From assembly GCA_963761335.1 (NCBI GenBank), contig CAVXGR010000012.1:160001-224000 (forward strand): a DNA stretch of 64,000 nt, given 5' to 3'. The translations under genes and the position numbers were made by a program. The notes beneath the pieces are model-generated. The model did not search any database and was not told the origin of the DNA. It was given only the letters and a program-made list of their open reading frames with translations. Of this stretch, positions 63,999-64,000 are shown piece after piece (position 1 is the stretch's first letter; each line of letters opens with the position of its first letter). Source of the DNA: an uncultured delta proteobacterium. Its GTDB lineage: Bacteria > Desulfobacterota > Binatia > HRBIN30 > BPIQ01.

Positions 63999-64000
63999 GT

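Overview
High-GC bacterial chromosome segment. Gene order (sucD-ndk-rlmN-mtnP-pfkB, lepA-lepB) is deltaproteobacteria-like; FG-GAP/dockerin and Pro/Thr-tailed secreted proteins loosely suggest Binatota (inference only). Three blocks: (1) 1-24890 (+), a tightly coupled surface-glycan synthesis/modification operon with GT4/GT2/GT-C transferases, a methyltransferase, an HprK-like kinase, a NodU-type carbamoyltransferase + SGNH protein + 59-aa DUF5989-like peptide, a large three-module beta-helix protein, a CMAH-like metallo-hydrolase and two Thr-type sulfatase-like proteins; (2) 25009-51070, housekeeping genes, ugd/uxs/epimerase, a peptide ABC system, MoxR/VWA, dGTPase and degenerate signalling proteins; (3) 51024-64000 (-), a second polysaccharide operon ending in a CapD/PglF-type dehydratase fused to an intact receiver domain. 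Best novelty candidates: the small peptide ending in a DltX-like FIYxxF acyl-shuttle motif but paired with a carbamoyltransferase rather than an MBOAT, and the dehydratase-REC fusion. Three single-base frameshifts in G/C runs create false fusions in the ORF track. Two families of intergenic palindromic repeats are present. No rRNA, tRNA, CRISPR array or intact mobile element was recognised. All family calls come from motif recognition by eye, not database searches.
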